Source of the DNA: Oscillospiraceae bacterium
GTDB lineage: Bacteria; Bacillota; Clostridia; Oscillospirales; CAG-272
Length of the DNA: 64,000 nucleotides
Assembly: GCA_015064185.1 (NCBI GenBank)
Contig: SVSS01000005.1
Span: 14,198-78,197, forward strand
Reading direction: 5' to 3'
This document shows, in pieces, positions 37,427-47,578 of this stretch (its first letter is position 1; the number at the start of each line of letters is the position of its first letter). The notes beneath the pieces are model-generated. The model was not told where the DNA came from. It ran no database searches and worked only from the letters and a program-made list of their open reading frames with translations. A program made the translations under genes and the position numbers.

Positions 37427-38287
37427 ATGAATAAAAGGAAAAAGAGGGCTTCCCGTTGGCAGCCGATCTGGATGCAGATCAAGCAGGATAAAAGGGCATA
37501 TACGGTATATGTGCTGCTGTCGATCGCAATTTTATCGGTAATTGTGAGAAGCGCATTTCTTGGCAGATGGGAGAATGTGTTCACGGGCGTGCTGGCCTCT
37601 GTGCTTTTGCTGATCCCACCCGTTATAGAGCGCAGCTTTCATGTGGAATTGCCCACTACGCTCGAGATCCTTACCTACGTATTTGTGTTTTGTGCGGAGA
37701 TCCTCGGCGAGATCGGTAATTTTTACGTGCATTTTCCGTTTTGGGATACCATGCTGCACACCTTTAACGGCTTTATGTTTGCGGCATTTGGCTTTTGCTT
37801 GGTGGATATTTTCAATAAAACAAAGCGCTTTCGGTTTGAGTTATCCCCCATCTTTCTTACCCTTGTCGCCTTTTGCTTTTCCATGACGATTGGCGTTTTA
37901 TGGGAGTTTTTTGAGTTCGGTGCCGATATGCTACTGCATACCGATATGCAAAAGGATACCTTTCAGACCGTGATCAACAGTGTGTCGCTGCCCAACGACC
38001 TTGGCGAGAAGGTCACGCATATAAAGGACATTGCCACTACCACCATTGTAACGCAGGGCGGTGAGATGATCACCGTGCAGGGATATCTGGATATCGGTCT
38101 TGCCGATACCGTAAAGGATCTGTTTGTGAATTTGATCGGCGCGATCGTTTTTAGTGTGATCGGATTCTTCTACGTGAAGCACCGCGGAAAGGGGCATATT
38201 GCCAATCAGTTTATTCCCGTGTTTAAGGGCGAGGGTGCCTTGACCGAGGATGTTGAGGTACCAAAGACACAAAAGGATGACAAGTAG
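37427..38287 (+). CDS. Conserved membrane protein (DUF2238/YjdF-like)
   Basis: LGEIGNFY..WDTMLH, GVLWEFFEF..D, GLADTVKDLFVN. Confidence 0.75.
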   Translation: MNKRKKRASRWQPIWMQIKQDKRAYTVYVLLSIAILSVIVRSAFLGRWENVFTGVLASVLLLIPPVIERSFHVELPTTLEILTYVFVFCAEILGEIGNFYVHFPFWDTMLHTFNGFMFAAFGFCLVDIFNKTKRFRFELSPIFLTLVAFCFSMTIGVLWEFFEFGADMLLHTDMQKDTFQTVINSVSLPNDLGEKVTHIKDIATTTIVTQGGEMITVQGYLDIGLADTVKDLFVNLIGAIVFSVIGFFYVKHRGKGHIANQFIPVFKGEGALTEDVEVPKTQKDDK

Positions 38288-38290
38288 AGT

Positions 38291-39238
38291 ATGATCAAGG
38301 ATTTTATCATTGGAGAGGGCGCACTGTCCGTTGACGGCGAGGTGCTGCCCGACGAGCGCTTGCAGGATAATCTTTATCTGCTGGATGCCAAGGGCATTAT
38401 TATTTCTTGCCGTGAGGCGCGGCCGCTTTTAAAAATGGGCGACGATTTTTTTGGCCAATTGGGCACGGATGCGGCTGAATTGAACGCGCTGATTCGCACG
38501 TTAGAGGCAGGTGAGGATACCATGTATCTCATGCAGTGCGGTCCCTTGCCGGTGCTGATGATACGCTACTTGTGGCGCGGAAACAGAACGCTGCTTGCCG
38601 TTATTCCGCGAAAGGAATTGGCACAGCCTCTTCGCACGCCCGGTGCGTATGCGGAAATTCTTTTCCCGCGGGAGCTTGCCTTTTCGCCATTTTCCGCATC
38701 TAAAATAATGCCCGCTGATGAGCGGGTGTTCCGCGAGGCACAGGAGTGGATCGGTTCTTATCGGTGTATGCGCGCGGCGAATGAGGAGTACACTGTCGGG
38801 ACGCTGGGCTTACGGCAGTTTTTGACACTCCGTACCGTAAGCATTGCAAAGCTGTGCGGCGTGCGTGCGCTTTACTATTACAGCGGTATAGGATATGTCA
38901 CCGTGCAAAGGGTAAATTATCCGTTACTTATTGCCGATCTGGTTGCCGTTATGATGAGTGTAAGATGTGCGGCACGGGAGCAAACGGTATATCTTTCGAT
39001 CGAGCGCGAGGGAGAGCGTGACCCTATGATCTATGCGCGCTTTTATCTTGATCAAGAGGTGCAGCCGCCCGAGCTTAATTGCTCTCGGCGACCGGCAAGC
39101 CTTAGCGGCGCGAAGCTTTCTTTGTTTGAGGATGCTGTGCAAAAGGGACTTTGGCATGTGCGCCTTCCTATTTGCATGCCCGAGCTTGAAGCAATGGAGC
39201 TGCGGGCAAGCTTGACGCTTAAAAAGTATTTGCCATAA
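38291..39238 (+). CDS. Hypothetical protein
   Basis: 315-aa ORF operonic with the upstream gene; no clear motif. Confidence 0.6.
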   Translation: MIKDFIIGEGALSVDGEVLPDERLQDNLYLLDAKGIIISCREARPLLKMGDDFFGQLGTDAAELNALIRTLEAGEDTMYLMQCGPLPVLMIRYLWRGNRTLLAVIPRKELAQPLRTPGAYAEILFPRELAFSPFSASKIMPADERVFREAQEWIGSYRCMRAANEEYTVGTLGLRQFLTLRTVSIAKLCGVRALYYYSGIGYVTVQRVNYPLLIADLVAVMMSVRCAAREQTVYLSIEREGERDPMIYARFYLDQEVQPPELNCSRRPASLSGAKLSLFEDAVQKGLWHVRLPICMPELEAMELRASLTLKKYLP

Positions 39239-39274
39239 AATTAATTTAAGGAAAAATAAATTTTAAAAAAGGTA

Positions 39275-39303
39275 TTGACAAACCGCCGAAAAAGTGATAT
39301 GAT
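39275..39303 (+). promoter_or_regulatory. sigma-A promoter of the ABC operon
   Basis: TTGACA-17-TATGAT with TG extension. Confidence 0.7.
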
Positions 39304-39364
39304 AAATGGGCTTTAGCATGGTAAAGTGATAAAGCGATAAAAGAGAAATAGGAGAATTTATATC

Positions 39365-40219
39365 ATGAAAAAGATTTTGGCACTTGTGCTCGCAGTTTTG
39401 ATGGTGGCAACTTGCGTTGTTTCTTTTGCTTCCTGCAGCAAGTATGAAATGAAATTTGGCAAGAGCTTTTCCCCCATTGACAGCCAGGTCAACGTATTGC
39501 TTCAGCTGAATTCTAAGATGATCGACGTTGGCGTAATGGATAGCGTTATGGCCGGCTACTACATGAGCCAGGATTCGAATTATGCAAGCAACTTGATGAT
39601 CGTACCCGATCTTGTGCTTGCTACCGAGCAGTACGGCATTGCCGCACGCAAGGGCAGCGCGTTTGCTAAGGCAATTAGCCTTGCGCTTGTTGATCTTGCC
39701 AAGGACGGCACCGTTGCAGAGATCGCAACCAAGTACGGTCTTCAAAATGAGATCTGCATCGACACGACATATACCTGTGATGAGCCCTCTGCCGAGGAGA
39801 TGGCAGACTTTAATGCCATTATGGAGCGCGGTAAGTTTATTGTGGGTTACACCATCTTTGCGCCCATTGCATATGAGAAGGACGGCGAGCTGATTGGCTT
39901 TGATATTGAACTTGCAAAGGCAGTTGCTGAATGGATGGATCTTGAGGTTGAGTTTAAGGTGATCAACTGGAACACCAAGGAGGCAGAGCTTTCGAGCGGT
40001 TCTATCGACTGCATCTGGAACGGCATGACCATTACTCCCGAGCGTCAGGCTAACATGGCGGTTACCATTCCCTACATGAATAACAAGCAGGTTGCTGTTA
40101 TCCGCAAGGCGGACGCTGAAAAGTATAAGACCACCGATGATATGGCTAAGGCTATTATCGGTGCCGAGGACGGTTCCGCAGGCATGAGCTGTGCTGTTGT
40201 TGAGGAGAAGGCTGAATGA
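39365..40219 (+). CDS. Polar amino-acid ABC transporter substrate-binding lipoprotein (SBP family 3), circularly permuted
   Basis: Lipobox FASC. The C-terminal-type motifs (EQYGIAARKG, DGTVAEIATKY) precede the N-terminal-type motifs (GFDIELAKAV, IDCIWNGMTITPER). Confidence 0.9.
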   Translation: MKKILALVLAVLMVATCVVSFASCSKYEMKFGKSFSPIDSQVNVLLQLNSKMIDVGVMDSVMAGYYMSQDSNYASNLMIVPDLVLATEQYGIAARKGSAFAKAISLALVDLAKDGTVAEIATKYGLQNEICIDTTYTCDEPSAEEMADFNAIMERGKFIVGYTIFAPIAYEKDGELIGFDIELAKAVAEWMDLEVEFKVINWNTKEAELSSGSIDCIWNGMTITPERQANMAVTIPYMNNKQVAVIRKADAEKYKTTDDMAKAIIGAEDGSAGMSCAVVEEKAE

Positions 40220-40872
40220 CCTTTTGGCAGATCACAACCGAGCTGCTCGGCGGCTTTGTCTACACACTTGCCATATTCGGCATTACGCTGATCGCGGCCA
40301 TACCCTTAGGGCTTTTGGTCGCGCTCGGCTCAATGTCCCAATTTAAGCCTCTGAACGTTTTGTGCAGAGGCTTTGTCTGGGTTATAAGGGGTACGCCCTT
40401 GATGCTTCAGATCATTGTGTTTGCGTATGGCCCCGGGCTTTGGCTCGGCATTCCCATCCGCACCATCCCGCAGCAGCTGTTGATGGTGTGCATTGCGTTT
40501 GCTATTAACTATGCTTGCTATTTCTCGGAGATCTTCCGCGGTGGTATTGAGAGTATTTCTCAAGGGCAGTACGAGGCGGGGCAGGTGCTGGGTATGACCA
40601 AGCGGCAGATCTTTTTTAAGGTCGTGCTTTTGCAGGTCGTTAAGCGTATTATTCCGCCGATGTCAAATGAAATCATCACCCTTGTCAAGGATACTGCTTT
40701 GGCGAGCGTTGTTGTACACGTTGATCTTTTCACGATCGCCAAGCAGATCGTCAACGTTGAGGTTATTCTTTGGCCGCTCTTCTATGCGGGTCTGTTTTAT
40801 CTTATTTTCAACGGACTTCTCACAGTGCTTCTTGGCAAGCTGGAGAAAAAACTTGAGTATTTTAAGGTGTAA
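40216..40872 (+). CDS. Polar amino-acid ABC transporter permease
   Basis: RGTPLMLQ; EIFRGGIESISQGQYEAG; LVKDTAL. Confidence 0.93.
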   Translation: MTFWQITTELLGGFVYTLAIFGITLIAAIPLGLLVALGSMSQFKPLNVLCRGFVWVIRGTPLMLQIIVFAYGPGLWLGIPIRTIPQQLLMVCIAFAINYACYFSEIFRGGIESISQGQYEAGQVLGMTKRQIFFKVVLLQVVKRIIPPMSNEIITLVKDTALASVVVHVDLFTIAKQIVNVEVILWPLFYAGLFYLIFNGLLTVLLGKLEKKLEYFKV

Positions 40873-40874
40873 GT

Positions 40875-41678
40875 ATGGCTTTTTTGGAAATTAAGAATAT
40901 CAAAAAATCCTTTGGAAGTGCCAAGGTGCTCAAGGGTATTGACTTTGAGGTAGAAAAGGGAAAGGTTCTTGTCATTATCGGCTCGTCGGGTAGCGGTAAA
41001 ACCACGCTTCTTCGTTGCATCAACTTTCTTGAAACGCCCGATGAGGGTGAGATCTTGGTAGGGGGCGATCCTGTGCTGGATGCCGCCTCGCGAGAGGGGC
41101 GCTTGTCCGATGAGGAGCTGCGCCGCAGACGCCTGCATTTCGGACTTGTGTTTCAATCCTTTAATCTGTTTCCGCAGTATACAGCAAAGGGGAACCTTAC
41201 CTTAGCTGCGACCTTGCAAGCCAAGGAGCGTTTAAAGGCAGGGGGGCTTCATAAAAACCGCCAGGCTGTTGCTGAGGAAATGCAGAAAATTTCGGACAAG
41301 GCTGATGCCATATTGGCGCGTATGGGGCTTGCTGAAAAGACAGATTTTTATCCTTGCCAGCTGTCGGGTGGACAGTGTCAGCGTGTGGCGATCGGCCGTG
41401 CCCTGATGCTTGATCCCGAGGTGCTTTGCTTTGATGAGCCTACCTCGGCACTTGACCCAGAGCTGACGGGAGAGGTGCTGCGTGTTATCAAATCTCTGAA
41501 GGATCAAGAGCAGCGCACCATGATCATTGTAACGCACGAGATGGAGTTTGCGCGTAACGTTGCTGACCATGTGATCTTTATGGCGGATGGCATTATTGAG
41601 GAGGAGGGCACGCCCGAAGAGGTGTTTGGCAATCCCCAAAGCGAAAAGACTAAGGCGTTTCTTGCACACGACAAATAA
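40875..41678 (+). CDS. Polar amino-acid ABC transporter ATP-binding protein
   Basis: GSSGSGKTT, LSGGQCQRV, FDEPTSALDPE, VTHEM. Confidence 0.95.
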   Translation: MAFLEIKNIKKSFGSAKVLKGIDFEVEKGKVLVIIGSSGSGKTTLLRCINFLETPDEGEILVGGDPVLDAASREGRLSDEELRRRRLHFGLVFQSFNLFPQYTAKGNLTLAATLQAKERLKAGGLHKNRQAVAEEMQKISDKADAILARMGLAEKTDFYPCQLSGGQCQRVAIGRALMLDPEVLCFDEPTSALDPELTGEVLRVIKSLKDQEQRTMIIVTHEMEFARNVADHVIFMADGIIEEEGTPEEVFGNPQSEKTKAFLAHDK

Positions 41679-41720
41679 GAAAACAAGAAAAAAGCACCCC
41701 GTTCGGGGTGCTTTTTTGTG

Positions 41721-42093
41721 TTAGTGCCTTCAGGCACCCCCGCACGAAGTGCGAAACAGACAACCACCCGCTATGCGGGTGGGGAACAATGGGTTATACC
41801 CCTTTTGTATAGAGTGTATCGTTACATAAGGCTTCTCCTTGAGGAGAGGCTCCCGCGTAGCGGGTGGTGAGGTGTAGCCGCCATAGCGGCGTGTTCGAGT
41901 TTTGCAACGAGCCGCACAAACGCGCTTCGCGCTACACCTCATTCGTCAGCCTTCGGCTGCCACCTTCTCCTCAAGGAGAAGGCATTTTTGCAGACAGCTT
42001 TTGAAAGCAAAAGCCAGCGGCTTGAGCCGCTGGCTGGTACTATTGGGCTTTTAGCTCTAGTGCAAACCACCCGTTTGACGGGTGGTTGTGATT
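41721..42093. mobile_element. Non-coding composite repeat, copy A: IS200/IS605-like terminal hairpins around a palindromic core
   Basis: Near-identical to 60719-61092. Hairpins CCACCCGCTATGCGGGTGG and ACCACCCGTTTGACGGGTGGT; core CTTCTCCTTGAGGAGA...TCTCCTCAAGGAGAAGG. Confidence 0.8.
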
Positions 42094-44231
42094 TAACTGA
42101 TGGTATCTCCGTCAAGCGTGAACATTTTATCAACGGTTGCACGGAGTGCGGGGTGTGCCAAAAGGTCAGGGTCGCGCTCGGCAAGTGCCTTTGCCTCGGC
42201 AAATGCTGCTTGCATCAGGCCCGTGTCGTCGCAAAGTGCGGCAAGGCGGAATTTGACACCGCCGCTTTGACGGATGGTATCGTTACCGGCACCTGACAGA
42301 AAGTCACCGGGGCCGCGCAGAGCAAGATCGCGCTCGGCAATGGCAAATCCGTCGTAGGTGGTGCGCATGGTGGCAAGGCGGCTTGCGGCAGTTGTGGTAG
42401 GATCGCTTATGGCATCGGAAACTAAGATGCAATAGGATTTTCGCATGCCACGTCCAACGCGCCCACGCAGCTGGTGCAGCTGTGAAAGGCCAAACCGTTC
42501 TGCATTTTCCACGACCATGAGCGAGGCATTGGGTACGTTTACACCTACCTCAATGACGGTGGTGGAAACCAAAATCCGGATGTTGCCTGCTGCAAACTCC
42601 TGCATCACGTGCTCTTTATCCTTGCTTTTCATAGAGCCGTGTACAAAGCCAACCGACAGCTCGGGCAGGGCCTGTCGCAATTCCTCGGCATACTGCTTTG
42701 CCGCCTTCATTGGCGGTCTTGTGTCGGTAAGCGGTGCATATTCGCCGATCTCCGATAGCATGACCTCGTCGATTTCCGCATCGCGCTCCTCAACCGCGGG
42801 GCAAACGATATATACCTGTCCGCCCTCGCCGCAGGTCTTGCGGATAAAGCCCATAAGGCGCTCGCGGTAGCTTTCATCTACCACAAAGGTATCCACGCGT
42901 TGCCTGCCGGGGGGCATTTCATCGATGCGTGAAAGATCAAGGTCGCCCCAAAGTGCAAGGGCAAGCGAGCGGGGGATGGGCGTGGCACTCATGACCAGCA
43001 TATGTGCATGCTCATTTTTCTCGGAGAGTATGGCGCGCTGCTTCACACCAAAGCGGTGCTGCTCATCGGTAACGATAAGCCCCGGTGCGGCAAATGCAAC
43101 GCCCTCACACAGCAGTGCTTGGGTGCCGATTACAACATCAAGCCGCTTGGTGGGATCCTCGGCGGCGAGTGCTGCACGAATTTTTTTCTTTTCCGCTGCC
43201 GTTGTAGCACCAATGAGAAGTGCTGTTTTAATGCCCATTGCCTCAAAGAGCGCGGACAGATCCTCATAATGCTGACGGGCAAGGATCTCGGTAGGCGCCA
43301 TCAGCGCTGCCTGCCTGCCGCTTTGCACGGCGATCAGCATCGCGGCGGCGGCACAGATCGTTTTACCGCATCCAACGTCACCCACCACAATGCGGCTCAT
43401 GGGAATATCCTTTGCCATGTCGGCGCGTATTTCATCTATGACGCGCGCTTGCGCGTTTGTTAGACGGTAGGGGAGTGCGGAAAGCAGCCTTGACAGATCT
43501 GCCCTGTCACATAGGGGCGCTCCTGCTTTTTTGGTGCTTTTTCGCGTGAGAGAAAGCCCGAGCGCGAAAACAAAGAATTCATCAAAGATCAAACGGCGCT
43601 TTGCCTTAGCAAGTGAAACATAATCGGTGGGATTATGGATGTTGCGAAGCGCAAAGCCAAGGGTGGAGAGCTTTTGCCCGATGCGGATCTCATCGGGCAG
43701 AGGATCCTCAAGCAGGGCAGCAGCCCCCAGCACCGTTGCCACGTTTCCTGCTACAAGCTTTGGTGTTAACCCTTGCGAAAGACGGTATACGGGCAAGAGA
43801 TCCGGTAGGGGCGTATCCTCACTGTAGGGCTCGCTTTCAGGCGAGGTCATGACATAATTTTTTCGCTTTTTTTGCACCTTGCCCCAAAAACGGAAGGTGG
43901 AGCCGAGCACAAAGCGGTTCTTTAAATAATCTTGATTAAAGAAGGTGATCTCACAAACGCCGCTTTCATCAAAGGCGCGGAACTTCAGAAGCGACATTCT
44001 GCCGCGGATGCGTGCGGATTTTGGCTCTGTGCCAACGGTCAAAACCACTGCGGTGCGACAATCCTCGGGGGCATCGGCAAGCAAATGCACATCGCCGCGA
44101 TTTTCGTAAGAGCGCGGAAAATGATACAGGAGATCGCCAAGCGTGCGCAGTCCAAGCTTTTCATAAGCGGCAATTTTGGCGGGGCCCACCCCGTGCAGTG
44201 TGCCGAGCTTATCCGTAAAATGTGCGGCCAT
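42093..44231 (-). CDS. recG: ATP-dependent DNA helicase RecG
   Basis: GDVGCGKT, MAPTEILARQH, DEQHRFG, SATPIPRS, QLHQLRGRVGRG, DLALRGPG. Confidence 0.97.
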   Translation of the reverse strand: MAAHFTDKLGTLHGVGPAKIAAYEKLGLRTLGDLLYHFPRSYENRGDVHLLADAPEDCRTAVVLTVGTEPKSARIRGRMSLLKFRAFDESGVCEITFFNQDYLKNRFVLGSTFRFWGKVQKKRKNYVMTSPESEPYSEDTPLPDLLPVYRLSQGLTPKLVAGNVATVLGAAALLEDPLPDEIRIGQKLSTLGFALRNIHNPTDYVSLAKAKRRLIFDEFFVFALGLSLTRKSTKKAGAPLCDRADLSRLLSALPYRLTNAQARVIDEIRADMAKDIPMSRIVVGDVGCGKTICAAAAMLIAVQSGRQAALMAPTEILARQHYEDLSALFEAMGIKTALLIGATTAAEKKKIRAALAAEDPTKRLDVVIGTQALLCEGVAFAAPGLIVTDEQHRFGVKQRAILSEKNEHAHMLVMSATPIPRSLALALWGDLDLSRIDEMPPGRQRVDTFVVDESYRERLMGFIRKTCGEGGQVYIVCPAVEERDAEIDEVMLSEIGEYAPLTDTRPPMKAAKQYAEELRQALPELSVGFVHGSMKSKDKEHVMQEFAAGNIRILVSTTVIEVGVNVPNASLMVVENAERFGLSQLHQLRGRVGRGMRKSYCILVSDAISDPTTTAASRLATMRTTYDGFAIAERDLALRGPGDFLSGAGNDTIRQSGGVKFRLAALCDDTGLMQAAFAEAKALAERDPDLLAHPALRATVDKMFTLDGDTIS

Positions 44232-44410
44232 CACGATACCTCCTTTGTGTGTCATTGGCATTATTATAGCAAAACGAGCAAAAGCTTGTCAAGAAAATCG
44301 GAAAAAATCAGTGCTTTGCCTTGTTAATACTTGACATACGATAAAAAATACGCTATAATAATAACATATAAAATACGGCAGTGCTCCGTGTCAAAGAGGA
44401 GAATCGAAAC

Positions 44411-45226
44411 ATGAAAAAAATTTTTGCAATCCTTCTTGCGCTTTTGTTGGTGTGCTCTTTTGTGGCATGCTCGGATGAGGAAGTTGAAAAAGAAGATGGA
44501 ACAAACCTTACCGTTACCGATACAGAACATCATTACAACGCGGGCGGTACATATAACGATCGCTTTGTATACGAGATCATCAACGGCAATCAGGTTGCCA
44601 TCGTTGGCTTTGAGTCTGATTATACGCCTCACGATGTGGTTATTCCCGCCACGATTGAGAACTGCCCTGTAGTAGAGATCTCGGATGCAGCCTTCTACCA
44701 CTGCAGCCAGCTTAAAACGATTACCGTTCCCATCACCGTTACTAAGATCGGTAAGATGGCATTTGCGGGCTGTGTACAGCTCACTGCTGTAAAGTATGTT
44801 GACAATACGGCAAGCAGCATTAGGACTATTGATGAGTATGCCTTTGCATACTGTGAAAGCCTTTCGAGCATCACGCTCCCCGATACGCTGACCGTGCTTG
44901 GTGAGGGTGCATTCTTCCAGTGCAAGGCATTGCCTTCGATCGATATTCCCGCAGTGGTACGCGATGCAGGCGGTAATGTACAAAGCGGCGTTGTAACTAT
45001 TTCCGATATGGCATTTATGGGCTGTGAGAGCCTGACTACCGTTACCGGCGGTGAGGGTGTTGAAACGATCGGCAATTATGCTTTCCGCGGATGCGCTGAG
45101 CTCGCCTCGGTTTCGCTTTCCGCTGTGCTGACTGAGATCGGCGATTATGCTTTCTCCGGCTGCACGGCACTTACCCAGCCTACACTTGGCGAGGGTGTAA
45201 CTGTTGGCGAATATGCTTTTGAATAA
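44411..45226 (+). CDS. BspA-type leucine-rich-repeat lipoprotein
   Basis: Lipobox FVAC; repeated IxxxAFxxCxxLxxIxxP units; promoter TTGACA-17-TATAAT at 44331-44359. Confidence 0.9.
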   Translation: MKKIFAILLALLLVCSFVACSDEEVEKEDGTNLTVTDTEHHYNAGGTYNDRFVYEIINGNQVAIVGFESDYTPHDVVIPATIENCPVVEISDAAFYHCSQLKTITVPITVTKIGKMAFAGCVQLTAVKYVDNTASSIRTIDEYAFAYCESLSSITLPDTLTVLGEGAFFQCKALPSIDIPAVVRDAGGNVQSGVVTISDMAFMGCESLTTVTGGEGVETIGNYAFRGCAELASVSLSAVLTEIGDYAFSGCTALTQPTLGEGVTVGEYAFE

Positions 45227-45371
45227 AATATATTCAGTTTAAAACACCCGCAGGTGCTTTGCACCTGCGGGTGTTTTGTCACACGGTGTATGTAATGGTA
45301 TGACGCACCCTTGACTAAAGGAAGGGTTTGAGGTATAATATAAGTAATGGAAAATATAAACGGAGGATAGC

Positions 45372-46208
45372 ATGAACTTTAAAATCGTATCGGATAGTTC
45401 ATCCAACATACTGTCTTTTGCAGGTGTTCCATATACTGCCGTTCCCCTTAAGATTATTACAAACGAGAGGGAATATGTTGACGATGCCACGCTTGATGTG
45501 GCAGGCATGGTAAAGGATCTGCGAACGGTAAAGGGGCGCACAGGTACCTCTTGCCCCAATATTTATGAATGGAAAACCGCCATGGCGGATGCTGACGCTG
45601 TTTTTGCCATTACCATGACAAGCAATTTGTCGGGCACGCATGCCGCCGCATTGCAGGCAAAGGCAGAGCTTCTTGCTGAATGCCCCGAAAAGAAGATCTG
45701 TGTGCTTGATAGCCTTTCAACAGGGCCTGAGATGCAGTTGGTAATCGAAAAATTGGCGGCGCTCATTTCCTCGGGTAAAAGCTTTGAGGCGATCGAATGT
45801 GAGATCCGTGAGTATATGACGCATACCCATTTGATCTTTTGCCTGGAATCGCTTACTAATCTTGCTAGAAACGGGCGTGTGAATCCTGTGGTGGCAAAGG
45901 TTGCAGGGGTGCTTGGCATCCGTGTGGTGGGTGTTGCTTCAGAGCAGGGTACGCTTGAGCTGCTTCATAAGCCGCGTGGCGGGGAAAAGGCGCTCTCTTG
46001 CATTCTTGATGTGATGAAGCGATACGGCTACCGTGGGGGCGCTGTGCGCTTGGCGCATTGCAACAACGAGGTTTCCGCTACTAAGCTTGCCGCCAAGATA
46101 AGAGCCATATATCCCGCGGCAGAAATTAAGATCATTCCCACAACTGCCCTTTGCAGCTTTTATGCCGAAGAGGGCGGTCTTATGATTGGATACGAGGATA
46201 TAAAATAA
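45372..46208 (+). CDS. DegV family fatty-acid-binding protein
   Basis: IVSDSS, TSCPN, SNLSGT, LARNGR. Confidence 0.9.
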   Translation: MNFKIVSDSSSNILSFAGVPYTAVPLKIITNEREYVDDATLDVAGMVKDLRTVKGRTGTSCPNIYEWKTAMADADAVFAITMTSNLSGTHAAALQAKAELLAECPEKKICVLDSLSTGPEMQLVIEKLAALISSGKSFEAIECEIREYMTHTHLIFCLESLTNLARNGRVNPVVAKVAGVLGIRVVGVASEQGTLELLHKPRGGEKALSCILDVMKRYGYRGGAVRLAHCNNEVSATKLAAKIRAIYPAAEIKIIPTTALCSFYAEEGGLMIGYEDIK

Positions 46209-46261
46209 ATCAAAAGGTGTTGCGTGTTACCGCTTACGATAAGGTACACGCAGCGCCCTTT

Positions 46262-47368
46262 TTATATATTTTCAAGCATTGCCACCTCTGTGAGCGTTTG
46301 CATGCCGCATAGCAGCAGGGTGCGGTCTGCCTCCTTTATATAATCGGAAACGTTTACGGTGGTATAGCGTGGGTCAATGGCAATGATGCGATAGTGACGG
46401 GCGAGAAACGGGATCACGGCATTTGCAAAGCTATCCTTTATGATAAGCAGTGTGGGGCGGGTATCGTTTTCGCCCGCTGTGATCTCTGTAATGCCGTTGT
46501 TACCGCCAAGGAAAACAGCATAGCCATCCCTTGTCGATAGCCTTGAAAAATCGTATAATCCTGTAAACGTAGCAGGATTTCCGTCTTTTGTAACAAGGAG
46601 TGCCTCATCGCCCGTATAGCGCCAAAGCTCTATTTTATCGGGGGCGACATTGAGCAGACCTGCCGCGGCATCTGTTGTACCCCAAAAGGAGCCGCTTACG
46701 GCTTCCCTTGAAAAATCCGTTTCCCGGTAAGGCGTTAGCCCCAACCGTGTGGCAATCGCCCTGTATGCGGCAAAGGCGCCTGCGGTGCTCCAGTGGTGGT
46801 CGGTGCGGTACCATTGCGCATCCTCGGTAATGTGATCGAGCAGCAGTGCTTGCGGCAGCTTTTCGCTTAGCTTTCTGTAAGGCACATTGCTTTCGCTTTG
46901 CCGATAGAGGTAGGGGAGTACATCGTTGCGTGCATCGATACGGCGGGGGGCTATGGCAATCGTGAGATCGGTTCCCGCTTCCTTTGCTTTGGCGTTTAAT
47001 GCGGCGATCGCATTTAGATTTTTTTGATAGATGCGCTCGTTTACTGTAAGACGCTTTGTAAGGCTCCCGTCGCGGCAGAGCAATACGTTGCTTACCTCGC
47101 ACTTGCCGAGCGCCACCTCGGTCGCGGCGTGTACCCCACGCATCAAGCGCCGTCCTACCATGCGCTCCGCGGCATAGTGCTCCCACGCGGCGGTGTAAGA
47201 GCCATCCCGCAGTGCCACCATTGAAAATTGGGGTTTTTCGGCAAGCAGGCGGTTTTCCGCTTCTGAGAAGCGCGCTGTAGGAAAAAACAGCAGCGATAAG
47301 CCGCCGCAAAAAAGAAGCGTGCCCGCGAAAAGCAGTAGCACCGTATCTTTTTTAGTTGATTTTTTCAT
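46262..47368 (-). CDS. DHHW family protein (AlgJ/AlgX-like O-acyltransferase partner)
   Basis: FSEAENRLL, YRTDHHWS, KDSFAN motifs; N-terminal TM. Start codon uncertain (47368-47377). Confidence 0.85.
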   Translation of the reverse strand: MKKSTKKDTVLLLFAGTLLFCGGLSLLFFPTARFSEAENRLLAEKPQFSMVALRDGSYTAAWEHYAAERMVGRRLMRGVHAATEVALGKCEVSNVLLCRDGSLTKRLTVNERIYQKNLNAIAALNAKAKEAGTDLTIAIAPRRIDARNDVLPYLYRQSESNVPYRKLSEKLPQALLLDHITEDAQWYRTDHHWSTAGAFAAYRAIATRLGLTPYRETDFSREAVSGSFWGTTDAAAGLLNVAPDKIELWRYTGDEALLVTKDGNPATFTGLYDFSRLSTRDGYAVFLGGNNGITEITAGENDTRPTLLIIKDSFANAVIPFLARHYRIIAIDPRYTTVNVSDYIKEADRTLLLCGMQTLTEVAMLENI

Positions 47369-47578
47369 ACCCATCACCGCCTTTTTCTTTATTTTTTGCT
47401 TGCAGGTGCGTTATATGAGTGAAAAATTAAGCCAATGCGCACAATGTATTTTTCTTTAAATTGTTTTAAAGGTTTTCGGGAGAGGAAAATGAATTGTTTT
47501 TCACAACTGTGAAAAACAAGAAAAAGGAGAACCCCTTTGCAAAGGGGTTCTCCTTTTTTATAGATCATTGAATTCCAA

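Noticed and set aside
38291-39238. Degenerate histidine-kinase-like protein
   Set aside because: Only a vague resemblance; no H, N or G boxes are identifiable.
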